64,000 nt of DNA from a bacterium (lineage in GTDB: Bacteria > Electryoneota > Electryoneia > Electryoneales > Electryoneaceae). Location: positions 2,848,001 through 2,912,000 of the forward strand of contig CAXXKJ010000002.1 of assembly GCA_963675295.2 (NCBI GenBank). The letters run 5' to 3'. The notes below the pieces were generated by a model. That model saw only the letters and a program-made list of their open reading frames with translations, was not told the DNA's origin and did no database searches. This document shows, one piece after another, positions 36,175 to 45,419 of the stretch (within the stretch, counting starts at the first letter, position 1; each line of letters opens with the position of its first letter). A program made the translations under genes and the position numbers.

Positions 36175-37598
36175 GCCTGTATCCCCATTCTCTGCGATAC
36201 CGCGCTGGATTTTTCCGTCAACAGGACCACCGTCTCCCGCACGAAGGCCTGTACAATCGAGCCCAGCCAGCGTTCTTCACCCTGGAACGCCGCGCCGGGA
36301 CTGGTCATCAGTTTTGCCAGGACGCCTCGTTGCTCGTCGCTGAGGACAGCATCGTCCGGGACGTTGGCCGTGCCGAGCGCTGCTTGTCCGTGGATGAGCC
36401 AACGGAGGTAAGGTGTCCATCGTTGCCCCTGGCCGAGTGGAACGCGTTCCGTGCCGGCGAGGGGTGCGTAGCGGAGACCCACATCGTCAGGTCGGGCCAC
36501 CAGTACAGCGAAGGCGTCGTTCGCATCGATCAGACTCCGTTGCGGCTCGTCACCATCCGCCAGGGCTGACGCGAGCCTGACAATCGTTTGAACGGGCAAC
36601 CCGTGCAGGTCATCCCGTTGGTTTTCGTTGAATTCAAGCGTGTTCCGCCGCACAATCGCGACCGCGCCCTTCATGTACGGCCCGGTCTCAACCGGATTCG
36701 CGCCAGCCATGAACAATCCGACGCAGGGCGTCTTGGTCGCCGCCGCCAGTTGCAGGGTGCCGGTATCACTGCTGATCAGCACGTCGCACGCGTTGAGCAC
36801 GCCGGGCAGGTCCGAAATTCTGGTCGCCCCGGCGAGGTCGGTGATCCTGTCGCGCTGGCTGTCCGGCAATGATTGGATCAACATCGCCGCGGTATCCCTG
36901 TCTTCCGGCAGGCCAAGCAGTACGATCTCGGCGTCACCCGTCGCGAGCAATCCAGCCGTGATCTCGGCAAGCTTTTCCCATGGAGGACGTCTTCCTGCCG
37001 CTTTCGCACCCAGATTGAGGGCAAAACGCTTGATTTTCATAGAGCTTACACTGCTACTACGCGTAGATAGGGCAAAGCCTGTGCCCAGTTGATAATTTTG
37101 GATTTGCGGTTCTGGTACCGGTCCGGAAGCAGCGGCATAGGCCGCCCAGATCTCGCTCAGGTGGATCGGGTTGAACGCGCGATCCTGCGTCGCAACCGCC
37201 AGGTAGCGATGCGGAGCGGGCACCGTCCGGCGCGGACGCGGACCCAACCGCTCACAGGCGGGGATCAGCTCCGCCAGCGCTCCGCTGAACGGGTCCATGT
37301 TCAATGTGATCAACGTGTTAAGGGGATCACGATCCAGCAGCGGACGCAGCCAGTCGCGCAGTGCACGGATACTGTCCGTGAGACCGGCGTCTGGATCGTA
37401 GGGCAGGCGGCTGACCGGTAACGGCAGGACCTCGTCAACCTCCACCAGCATCTCCGCGATGGGTGCGTTGCGGGCGTCCACGAGCAACAACAGCCGCGCG
37501 TCCGGATGGGTCGCGCGGAGCCGTTGGATCAACGGTGACGTTTGGATCAGGTCGCCGAAACGGGCGAGCTGCAGGATACCGATCACCGGCCCGGGCAT
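36171..37598 (-). CDS. GT9-family glycosyltransferase
   Basis: QLARFGDLIQ, DLAG.T, SSDTGTLQLAAA and ETGPY motifs. Confidence 0.85.
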   Translation of the reverse strand: MPGPVIGILQLARFGDLIQTSPLIQRLRATHPDARLLLLVDARNAPIAEMLVEVDEVLPLPVSRLPYDPDAGLTDSIRALRDWLRPLLDRDPLNTLITLNMDPFSGALAELIPACERLGPRPRRTVPAPHRYLAVATQDRAFNPIHLSEIWAAYAAASGPVPEPQIQNYQLGTGFALSTRSSSVSSMKIKRFALNLGAKAAGRRPPWEKLAEITAGLLATGDAEIVLLGLPEDRDTAAMLIQSLPDSQRDRITDLAGATRISDLPGVLNACDVLISSDTGTLQLAAATKTPCVGLFMAGANPVETGPYMKGAVAIVRRNTLEFNENQRDDLHGLPVQTIVRLASALADGDEPQRSLIDANDAFAVLVARPDDVGLRYAPLAGTERVPLGQGQRWTPYLRWLIHGQAALGTANVPDDAVLSDEQRGVLAKLMTSPGAAFQGEERWLGSIVQAFVRETVVLLTEKSSAVSQRMGIQA

Positions 37599-37602
37599 AC
37601 GC

Positions 37603-39822
37603 CTACCCCTGGCCGCTGGGAGCAGGTCCGGCGAGATGGGCGATGATCTGCCGCGCGCCGTCGTGGTTCGGATTCACCTTAAGCACCGTTTCGGCTTCGT
37701 TCTTCGCCAACGCCGCCTGGTTGGTACCGAAGTAGATCGCCGCCAGGTGGAAGCGTGCTTCCACGTCCTCCGGGCAATGCTCGAGGTAGGTTGACAGTCC
37801 GGACACCGCCTCGCTCATCTTCTCTGACTGCACCGCCGCGGCGACAAGTCCGACCACCGCGTGCCGGAACGCCGGGTTGTGGCTCAACGCCTGCTGGAAG
37901 TGCTGCAGGGCTTCACCGGGCTTCTCCTCCTTGAGGAAGCTGTTGCCGAGTCCGAGGTGCCCGCGCTGGTTGGACGGATTCAGCTCGACGACGCGGCTGA
38001 AGATCGAGCGCGCCTGCTCGAGTTCGTCCTTGATCATGTGGTACGTGCCGATGCCGATCCATGCGCGTTCGGCGGACGCGTCGTCCTTGACCGCCTTCTG
38101 GTAGCACTGGAAGGCTTCGTCGGGCCGGTCCTGACGGAAACGGGCATCCCCGAGCAATGTCCAGAAGATGACCCGTTCCGCGACGTGCCCGTTCAACGCC
38201 GGCTGCATCTCAACCAGCGCCGACTCCGCGCTGCTGTAGTCCCCCTCTTTGATCAGGGCATCAGCTTGCGCGAGCAAATCGGACATGTTGGATGTGCCGG
38301 GAGTGCTGGTTTTCGGAGGCTGTGCGGTTCCGGTGGTTGACAGCTCCATGGAACGGGCCCTCGTTACGTACGTAGTCGGATCGAACTGATCCTTGCGGTA
38401 CACAGTGGACGGCTTGCCAGTTAACGCCGCGCGCATCTGATCGGGCAACCAACCAGGTTGCAACGTTTCGGACGGCTTGATCGGGGCGATATACGGTGCC
38501 TTCGCTTCCTCGACGACATGCGCCAGATTCTCGGAAGTGCAGAGCTCCCCCGCGACCTTGACCGTGTACGCGCCGACTTCATCGAGCAGCTTGATCAATG
38601 CTGGATCCGCCGCGTCAGGCAGGCAGACAAGCAGTTCGAAGGGGATGGTGTCAGTGTGATCCAGCACCTGGTTGACCGCGTTGCGCGCTGCGTCGGAGGT
38701 GTCATCAAGCGCCAGCAGCAGGCTGACCAGCGGCATGCTTTGGTCCGCCCACACACCATAAACGTGATCTTCGACCTCGAGCATCGCTTTGTCACGGTCC
38801 TGCGGCGCGGTTGCCGGGAAGCGGTTCCACACCTCGGCCAATGTCTCCAGCATCAGCAGAGATCCGCTGGGATCGCTGAACATTCCGGCGACCACGTCGT
38901 CCGTAGTGAAGGTTCCCACTTCCGGCTCGGCAGTCTCGGGTTGCGCGGTACCGTTCGTGTGATCTGCGTACGAATCCTCGGATTCACTCTCCGTCACTCG
39001 TTCTGTCTCATCGTCTTCGGGCAACGGTTGAGGCTTCAGCGCACCCATCGCCTCCAGCCGTGCGGCGAGTTCGATGCGATGTTTCAGCGAGATCGTATCA
39101 CACGATGCCGCGTCCGACTGATTGGCCAGTGAGAGTAATGCCACGGCTGGCTCAACGCGATCGAGCTTCGCGAGTACGATCCCCGCCCGGGTCTGCAATT
39201 GCACCGGAGCGTTCGCCGCCCACGCGTCCACATCCTCGAGGTTCGTGCTGCTGATCTGTTGTTCGATCAGGGCGCGGGTGGCGTCATCCTTGCTGATCGC
39301 CAGCAGATCGACAAGGCTGAGCAAACCGTGCAACGTTTCCGTCAGATCGTCGGACCACAGTGGTGCGGTGTCGAGCAGGGCGTGAATGCGCAGAATGCCG
39401 GCGTCGAGGAGGGCTGGTTCCTGCCGGGCCATTCCGGCGAGCACCAAGGCGCGTGCAAGCCTCAATTCACGCTCCATCGGTTCCAGCGGCGGAGCGGAAC
39501 GGAGCACATTCACCGCGAACTCAAGCGCCTCGACGACACCGTCAACCGGCAGGTTGCGCAGCTTCAGACCGACCAGCGACTCGACGGCGATGACCGTCGT
39601 CCACGTGTCGTCCCACCCGCCTTCCTCGTCGCGTGCATCCAGCACGGTCCGCGTGATCTCCCGGACTTCCTCGACACAGCCTCTCTCCCCCAGCGTCGGA
39701 AGCGCATGCAGGGTTGAGAGCAGATCGGGAGTGCCGTCATGAGTGTCGCTGACGTACCCGTCCGCGTGAATGCGGGCGAGCAATTCGACGAGATCGGTAT
39801 GCAGCTTTGTTGGTTCAGCCAT
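37603..39822 (-). CDS. Multidomain protein: alpha-helical N-domain, degenerate GT2-like domain, C-terminal TPRs
   Basis: TPR patterns (LGDARF..A..CYQKAV..D, LGLGNSFL..A..HFQQAL..NP); PLVSLLL..PFELLV..PGWL GT2-like scaffold. Confidence 0.7.
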   Translation of the reverse strand: MAEPTKLHTDLVELLARIHADGYVSDTHDGTPDLLSTLHALPTLGERGCVEEVREITRTVLDARDEEGGWDDTWTTVIAVESLVGLKLRNLPVDGVVEALEFAVNVLRSAPPLEPMERELRLARALVLAGMARQEPALLDAGILRIHALLDTAPLWSDDLTETLHGLLSLVDLLAISKDDATRALIEQQISSTNLEDVDAWAANAPVQLQTRAGIVLAKLDRVEPAVALLSLANQSDAASCDTISLKHRIELAARLEAMGALKPQPLPEDDETERVTESESEDSYADHTNGTAQPETAEPEVGTFTTDDVVAGMFSDPSGSLLMLETLAEVWNRFPATAPQDRDKAMLEVEDHVYGVWADQSMPLVSLLLALDDTSDAARNAVNQVLDHTDTIPFELLVCLPDAADPALIKLLDEVGAYTVKVAGELCTSENLAHVVEEAKAPYIAPIKPSETLQPGWLPDQMRAALTGKPSTVYRKDQFDPTTYVTRARSMELSTTGTAQPPKTSTPGTSNMSDLLAQADALIKEGDYSSAESALVEMQPALNGHVAERVIFWTLLGDARFRQDRPDEAFQCYQKAVKDDASAERAWIGIGTYHMIKDELEQARSIFSRVVELNPSNQRGHLGLGNSFLKEEKPGEALQHFQQALSHNPAFRHAVVGLVAAAVQSEKMSEAVSGLSTYLEHCPEDVEARFHLAAIYFGTNQAALAKNEAETVLKVNPNHDGARQIIAHLAGPAPSGQG

Positions 39823-39829
39823 GGGTCTC

Positions 39830-40768
39830 TCAACGCATGAAGTTGACGATGCTGGCGTTCAGCACCTGGGTTCCGACAGCCATTGCCTGTTCGAGCGCGA
39901 TGGATTGCAGTTCGAACTGGGTCAGCCACTCGGCGAGGTCGCCTTCCTCGGCGTCGACAAGCTGATCTTCCTCGCGGATCTCGACCTCGTAGTGACGGTT
40001 CTGGATCGACTGCAGCCGGTTGTAGCGTCCACCGATTTCGGTCTGAGCGTTCTGCACGAGGTCCATCGAGTCGTCGATCTTGCTGATCGACTGTTCGATG
40101 ATGGCGGTGTTCTGGTCGCTTTGATCCGACCGGAGGGCATCACGCAGTTCGATCAGTACCTGAAAGATGTCGCCGGACTGTGTCGGCGCGCCGGTCTGAA
40201 AAACGTCGCTGCCGTTAATGTTGATCTTGACCTCGAGACCTTCGTCCGCCATGACGGTGATTTCCCCGTCCATCCGTTCCTGCCGGCCGTTGACCTGCTG
40301 GATTTCGCCGGTGTTTGGATCGCGGACGACCTCGTACGGCGCTTCCTCGGTGTTGAAACCACCGAAGATGTAGGCGTCATCCTCACGCGTATTGCCCTGG
40401 GCAACGAGATCCTCGAGGATCAGGTTGATCGCGACTGCGACCGCTTCCCGTTGCGACGGCACAGATGCATCGTTCGCAATTTCCACTGCCTTCGCGCGCG
40501 CTTCGGTGAGGATATCGTTGACCGACATCAGCGATGCTTCCGCCATGCTCAGGCGTGACATGCCGAAGTCGAGGTTGCGGACATACTGGTTGCGGCGTGA
40601 CAGGGACGAGCGCAGCAGCAGCGACTTCTGCCCGCGCACGGGATCGTCGCTGGCTTTCTGCACTTCCCGGCCATCGGTGAGAACACTTTGCGCCCGGTAA
40701 AGGTCGGTCTGCAACCGTTCCAAGTCGTACAACATCGTGTTCCGGCGCATTTGGCTCGTAATTCTCAT
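39830..40768 (-). CDS. flgL: Hook-associated protein 3 FlgL
   Basis: MRIT, SDDPV, YIFGG, G..VF and IGGRYNRL motifs; follows flgK. Confidence 0.93.
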   Translation of the reverse strand: MRITSQMRRNTMLYDLERLQTDLYRAQSVLTDGREVQKASDDPVRGQKSLLLRSSLSRRNQYVRNLDFGMSRLSMAEASLMSVNDILTEARAKAVEIANDASVPSQREAVAVAINLILEDLVAQGNTREDDAYIFGGFNTEEAPYEVVRDPNTGEIQQVNGRQERMDGEITVMADEGLEVKININGSDVFQTGAPTQSGDIFQVLIELRDALRSDQSDQNTAIIEQSISKIDDSMDLVQNAQTEIGGRYNRLQSIQNRHYEVEIREEDQLVDAEEGDLAEWLTQFELQSIALEQAMAVGTQVLNASIVNFMR

Positions 40769-40787
40769 GCGTCTATCCCTCGATTGG

Positions 40788-42200
40788 TCATGCCAATCCG
40801 TTGACTACGATATCCATCATCTTTTCGACGGTGTTGAACACTTTGGACGCGGCGTTGTAGGCGTATTGGGTGTTGATCATCGCAGACATCTCTTCGTCCA
40901 GGTTCACACCGGTGTATTCCTGCTGCAGGTTTTCCGTCTGCTGCAACGCTGCTTCCGCGGTTTCGTAGCGCAGGTCAGCGTTTTGCACCGTCGTACCGAT
41001 ATCCGCGACCAGTGTCGCGTAGCGGCCGTTGATGGTGCGACTGTCGCCCCACGGGTTCGCGAACTGCAGTTCGTAGATGTCGTGGGCGAGATCGTTCGCA
41101 CCGGTTGCGCTGACAGTGGATGCGGCGACCTTGTCCACGTTTTCCAGGATTTCATCGTCAACGAGCAGCGACCGTGCACCGGTGACATCATCACGGAAGA
41201 ACACGTTTCCGGTGGTATCGTCATGTCCAATCCCTTCGACATGCGCGGCGTTGACCGATGAACGGACCGCGTCGGCAATCATGTCCAGTTCCGCGAGGAT
41301 ATCGCCGATTTCGTCTCGTGTCTGCAGCATGCCGTAGATGTAGCCGCTGCTGATCGACACCTCGTTTCCGTTGTCCGACCAGACGAAATTGCCGCCGTTC
41401 TTGCCAAGGCTGCTGTCGCCGGTACCCTGCCACGCGATTTCGCGGTTGGAATCACGGTGCACCATTTCCTCGCTGCCGATGTAGACATTCGCCGCGCCGG
41501 TGTCTTCGTATTCAACATGGACGTTGACCAGCGCCGACAAATCTTTCAGCAGCAGTTCGCGCGCATCGAGCAGATCATTCGGCACCTGGCCGGAGGCGAC
41601 AAGATCGGCAATCTGTTCGTTGAGGTTGGCGATACGGGCGGCGTACAGGTTGATCGAACCGGACTGCGCCATCATCTCAGTGTTGATCTGTTCTCGTTGC
41701 GAGTCCATGCTGCTGTAGGTGGTCGCCATCGAGTAACCGAGGTCCTTGGCGGCGGTGACGACAGCCGTGCGTGCGGACGCGTTGTCCGCATCGTTGGCGA
41801 GATCCTGCCACGAGTTCCAGAAGTTGTCCAGCGCGGTGCCGATGCCGTAGTCGCCCAGTTCGTTAAGCGTTTCTTCAACCCGCATCATGCTGTCGCGTTG
41901 TCCACTCCAGCGTCCGACGAGGCTGGAATCCACGCGTTCCTGGCGGCTGATGTACTCCACCTGCGCACGCTGAATGCCGAGAACTTCGACGCCCTGGCCG
42001 TACGTCCCGTTGATACCGGGAAGTCCTGCTTTCGCGCCGAGCACGGTGCGTTGGCGGTGGTAGCCGAGCGTGTCCACGTTCGCCACGTTGTGGCTGATCG
42101 TGTTCAGGCTGTTCTGATGCGACAGCAACGCATCGCGTGCCATCGCCAGCTGTGCACCCAGGCTGAGGCCCCGATTTCCGCGTGTGTTGATGCTGTACAT
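40788..42200 (-). CDS. flgK: Hook-associated protein 1 FlgK
   Basis: HNVANVDTLGYHRQ, NDLLDAR and GVNLDEEM..Q.AYNAASK motifs. Confidence 0.95.
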   Translation of the reverse strand: MYSINTRGNRGLSLGAQLAMARDALLSHQNSLNTISHNVANVDTLGYHRQRTVLGAKAGLPGINGTYGQGVEVLGIQRAQVEYISRQERVDSSLVGRWSGQRDSMMRVEETLNELGDYGIGTALDNFWNSWQDLANDADNASARTAVVTAAKDLGYSMATTYSSMDSQREQINTEMMAQSGSINLYAARIANLNEQIADLVASGQVPNDLLDARELLLKDLSALVNVHVEYEDTGAANVYIGSEEMVHRDSNREIAWQGTGDSSLGKNGGNFVWSDNGNEVSISSGYIYGMLQTRDEIGDILAELDMIADAVRSSVNAAHVEGIGHDDTTGNVFFRDDVTGARSLLVDDEILENVDKVAASTVSATGANDLAHDIYELQFANPWGDSRTINGRYATLVADIGTTVQNADLRYETAEAALQQTENLQQEYTGVNLDEEMSAMINTQYAYNAASKVFNTVEKMMDIVVNGLA

Positions 42201-42210
42201 GGCTCATCAC

Positions 42211-42291
42211 CTCGTCTCTCGTCTCTTGTCCTTTGTCTCTCCTGAATGGCCAACGGCTATCGCTCAAGACTCAGGACGCAAGACTCAGGAC
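42211..42291. repeat. Paired heptamer arrays YTYGTCY x4 and CKCARGA x4
   Basis: ctcgtct ctcgtct cttgtcc tttgtct ... ctcaaga ctcagga cgcaaga ctcagga. Confidence 0.75.
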
Positions 42292-42296
42292 TTGTT

Positions 42297-42800
42297 TTAC
42301 AAGGTCTTGTTCACCATCAGGCTGCGGCGATCCTGACCGTGCAGACGGCCGTCCTTCTCGTACGTCACGTCGCGCAGGTTTTCATCGATCAGGATGTCGA
42401 TAGTGCGATGGTTGATGTTCAGCGACCGCTTGATCAGGTACTGGTTGACCTGATTCGCGCGACGGATGCGGCTGACGAGTCCGTTCAGGTTCATCTTGGA
42501 CTGCCGCAGCTCGCTGGAGACCGTGCCGAGGCTCATTTCGACCAGGCGCGTGATCGTCAGCTCGCTTTCCTTGATCTCCATGTTGCTGGCGATCTTTCGC
42601 ACTTTGCCGATGCGCTGATCTTCAAGCGTCCGGATCTGCTCAATCAGCTCTTCCTGCTTCGCGACGGTGGTTTCAAAATCTTCCACTTCGTTGCGTACGA
42701 GCATCGATTTCTGCTCTTCCAGCAGGTTGAGAAAGTCGTTGAGCAGCGCTTCTTCCCGCTTGATGATGTCAATCAGCGCGCTGATCAGCTCCGTTTCCAT
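42297..42800 (-). CDS. flgN: Flagellar export chaperone FlgN
   Basis: Helical; N..N..LI..SL and Y..DG motifs; directly upstream of flgK. Confidence 0.85.
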   Translation of the reverse strand: METELISALIDIIKREEALLNDFLNLLEEQKSMLVRNEVEDFETTVAKQEELIEQIRTLEDQRIGKVRKIASNMEIKESELTITRLVEMSLGTVSSELRQSKMNLNGLVSRIRRANQVNQYLIKRSLNINHRTIDILIDENLRDVTYEKDGRLHGQDRRSLMVNKTL

Positions 42801-43675
42801 GGTTCCTCCACGGCATCGCCGCTGTTATCGATGGATCGAGTGTTGTTCTGGATGAATTCACGTGCGTTCCGGATTGTTTCGCCGTCACGGGTCAGGGTCT
42901 GCTGCGGTCCTGAACCGGCAAGCCAGGAAAGGATTTTGCGCACGTAGGATTGCGTTTCTTCGAACGGCGGGATGCCGTCGTAGCGATCCACCGCGCCGGG
43001 GCCTGCGTTGTACGCCGCCAGTGCCTTTGGCACATCGCCGCTGTAGCGTTCCAGCATCTGGCCCAGATAGCGCACGCCACCGTCGATATTCTGCACCGGA
43101 TCGAACGGGTTCGTCACGCCGAGCGAATCGGCGGTTTCCGGCATTAGCTGCATCAACCCCATCGCGCCGGCATGCGAGACGGCGGTAGTATTCCAATCCG
43201 ACTCCGCACGGATGACCGATTCGACGATCTGCCTGTCGACACCGTATTTCTCCGCCACGGCGTTCGCGAGATGCATCAGGTCCAGCGGTGCACCGTCCGC
43301 GCGGGCGGTAGTCGCGGGATTGACACCATCGGGCATTTCCGGTTGGCTTGCCCTGTCGGTCTCGGTATACGGTTCCTGCCCGCGCCGTTCCATCAGTTGG
43401 CGGTAGATGAGGTCGGTGATGCCCAGCGCGCCCTGCCCGGCGAGCTGATCGCCGAGGACTTCGGTGAACATGCCGTTGTAAACCTCACCGCCGAGCCCTT
43501 CGCCGCCGATCATGCTGGTCGAGCCCTGCATCTGCTTGACCATGTATTGCGCGAAATGGGCCTCGAAGCCGCGTGCGGCCTTGAAGGTTTCCGGGTCGGT
43601 GACATTACGCGGAACCGGCTGTTCGAGCCACGCACCGCTGACACCGCCGGGCAGATTTGCGGAATAGCTGCTCAT
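42785..43675 (-). CDS. flgJ: FlgJ-type rod-binding domain fused to an SLT lytic transglycosylase
   Basis: AARGFEAHF..MVKQM rod-binding motif; IRAES, AMGLMQLMP and ALAAYNAG SLT motifs. Confidence 0.82.
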   Translation of the reverse strand: MSSYSANLPGGVSGAWLEQPVPRNVTDPETFKAARGFEAHFAQYMVKQMQGSTSMIGGEGLGGEVYNGMFTEVLGDQLAGQGALGITDLIYRQLMERRGQEPYTETDRASQPEMPDGVNPATTARADGAPLDLMHLANAVAEKYGVDRQIVESVIRAESDWNTTAVSHAGAMGLMQLMPETADSLGVTNPFDPVQNIDGGVRYLGQMLERYSGDVPKALAAYNAGPGAVDRYDGIPPFEETQSYVRKILSWLAGSGPQQTLTRDGETIRNAREFIQNNTRSIDNSGDAVEEPWKRS

Positions 43676-44802
43676 CAGATAATCACCAGTTCGCCACGCA
43701 GGGCACCTGCCTGTTGCAAGGCCTGGAAAATCGCGATGATGTCACGCGGGGTGACGCCAAGACTGTTCAGCGCCGCCGCGACATCGCCCACATTTGCCGC
43801 TTCCTCCATCACAACCACACCGGTTCCCTGCTCCTCGACTTCGATCTGTGTCGCGCTGCGGGAGACCGTCTGTCCCTGCGAAAAAGCTCCCGGCTGGCTG
43901 ATCACCGGCGTGTTGACGATGCTGATCGACAACGTGCCGTGGCTGATCGCAACATTTGAGATGCCTACATCAGCGCCGATAACGACGGTACCGGTGCGTT
44001 CGTTGACGACGACTCGCGCCTCGACATCCTGCGTCACGGTCAGCAGTTCGAGGTCGGAAATCTGCGCCATCGTGCCGCCGGGATAATCCTCGATCTTCTC
44101 GACGACGACGCTGACCGGATCGAGCGCGCTGGCAACCTCACGGCCGAACGCAGTGTTGATCGCGTCCGCCATCCGGCGTGCCGTGGTGTAGTCGGGATCG
44201 TTGAGCACGAACTGGATGCTTTCCATGTCTTCCAATGTCGTACCGGGGGATTGTTCGACGAGGAATCCGTTCGGAATGCGTCCTACAGACGACGAGTTCT
44301 TGCGGATGCTGACCGCACCCTGTTCAATGTGGAACCCACCGACGCTGAGCGGCCCCTGCGCGACACCGTACACGGTCTGGTCTGTCGCGACGAGCGGCGT
44401 AATCAGCAGCGTCCCGCCCTGCAGGCTGCGCGCGTCCCCGAGTGAGGAAACGGTCACATCCAACCGCTGGCCGGGCTTGGCGAAATTGTTCAACGTTCCG
44501 GTGACCATCACGCCGGCGACGTTTCGCGTGCGCACACGTTCGGAATTGATTGAGATGCCGAAGCGTTCCATCATGTTGCCCAGCGCCTGGTTGGTGAACA
44601 GCGAGCGCGGGCTGTCGCCGGTGCCTTCGAGGCCGACGACGATGCCGTAGCCAACCATCGGAATGCCGCCCTGGCCTTCGAGGTTGGCGATGTCCTTGAT
44701 CCGTTGCTGGCCGAACGCGGTCACCGTAAACGCCAGCAGCAGGGCCGCGAAAATCGCGATCCTGGCTGTGCGGCGGTGTATGTCTTGTGGATGGGTTGTC
44801 AT
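43675..44802 (-). CDS. flgI: P-ring protein FlgI
   Basis: RIKDIA, GYGIVVGL.GTGD, SLQGGTLL, NERTGTVV and ALQQAGAL motifs. Confidence 0.97.
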   Translation of the reverse strand: MTTHPQDIHRRTARIAIFAALLLAFTVTAFGQQRIKDIANLEGQGGIPMVGYGIVVGLEGTGDSPRSLFTNQALGNMMERFGISINSERVRTRNVAGVMVTGTLNNFAKPGQRLDVTVSSLGDARSLQGGTLLITPLVATDQTVYGVAQGPLSVGGFHIEQGAVSIRKNSSSVGRIPNGFLVEQSPGTTLEDMESIQFVLNDPDYTTARRMADAINTAFGREVASALDPVSVVVEKIEDYPGGTMAQISDLELLTVTQDVEARVVVNERTGTVVIGADVGISNVAISHGTLSISIVNTPVISQPGAFSQGQTVSRSATQIEVEEQGTGVVVMEEAANVGDVAAALNSLGVTPRDIIAIFQALQQAGALRGELVII

Positions 44803-44820
44803 CAGACCGTCCTCACATCC

Positions 44821-45411
44821 TTAGAAGAACCAGTTCCACATGCGGGCGAAGAATCCCGGCTTCCCGGCGTCGTTGACCATGCCCTTGCCAGCGTAGCTGA
44901 TCGTCGCGTTTGCGATGTTGTAGCTGTAGACGGTGTTGTCCGAGCCGACATCTTCCGCGCGTACGGTACCAGTGACAGTAGTTGTCTGCGCTTCACCGTT
45001 TACCTCCAGCGTGCGCGTGCCCTGAATGATCAGCAGTCCGTTCTCCTGCACCTCGGTAACGACCGCCGTCATCCGGCTTTCCAGCATGTTGCGGCTTTCG
45101 GTCTTGCCGGTGGATTCGTTACGGTTGGTCAGGTCACTGTCGAGACCGAGGGTTGGGATCAGATCGTTGAACGTGCCGCTGGTGCGAACGTCCGCACTGG
45201 TCCGGTTGTCGGAATTCGTCGTGGTCCCGGTTTCGTTCGCACCTTTGGTGAATTCAACGATCAGCACGGTGATGATGTCGCCTTCGCCGAACGCCTTCTG
45301 ATCGGAATACATCGACCGGGCAACGACGCCCTTGATCGTCTGCGCCGGAGCGGCGATTGCCGCGGCAAGCACGACGACAACGATGATTCCGGTGATCAGC
45401 CAACGGTTCAT
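44821..45411 (-). CDS. flgH: L-ring protein FlgH
   Basis: D.KA..GDIITVLI.E, G.VR.ED..N and I.YAGKG..PG motifs. No lipobox Cys is visible. Confidence 0.9.
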   Translation of the reverse strand: MNRWLITGIIVVVVLAAAIAAPAQTIKGVVARSMYSDQKAFGEGDIITVLIVEFTKGANETGTTTNSDNRTSADVRTSGTFNDLIPTLGLDSDLTNRNESTGKTESRNMLESRMTAVVTEVQENGLLIIQGTRTLEVNGEAQTTTVTGTVRAEDVGSDNTVYSYNIANATISYAGKGMVNDAGKPGFFARMWNWFF

Positions 45412-45419
45412 GATTCCTC

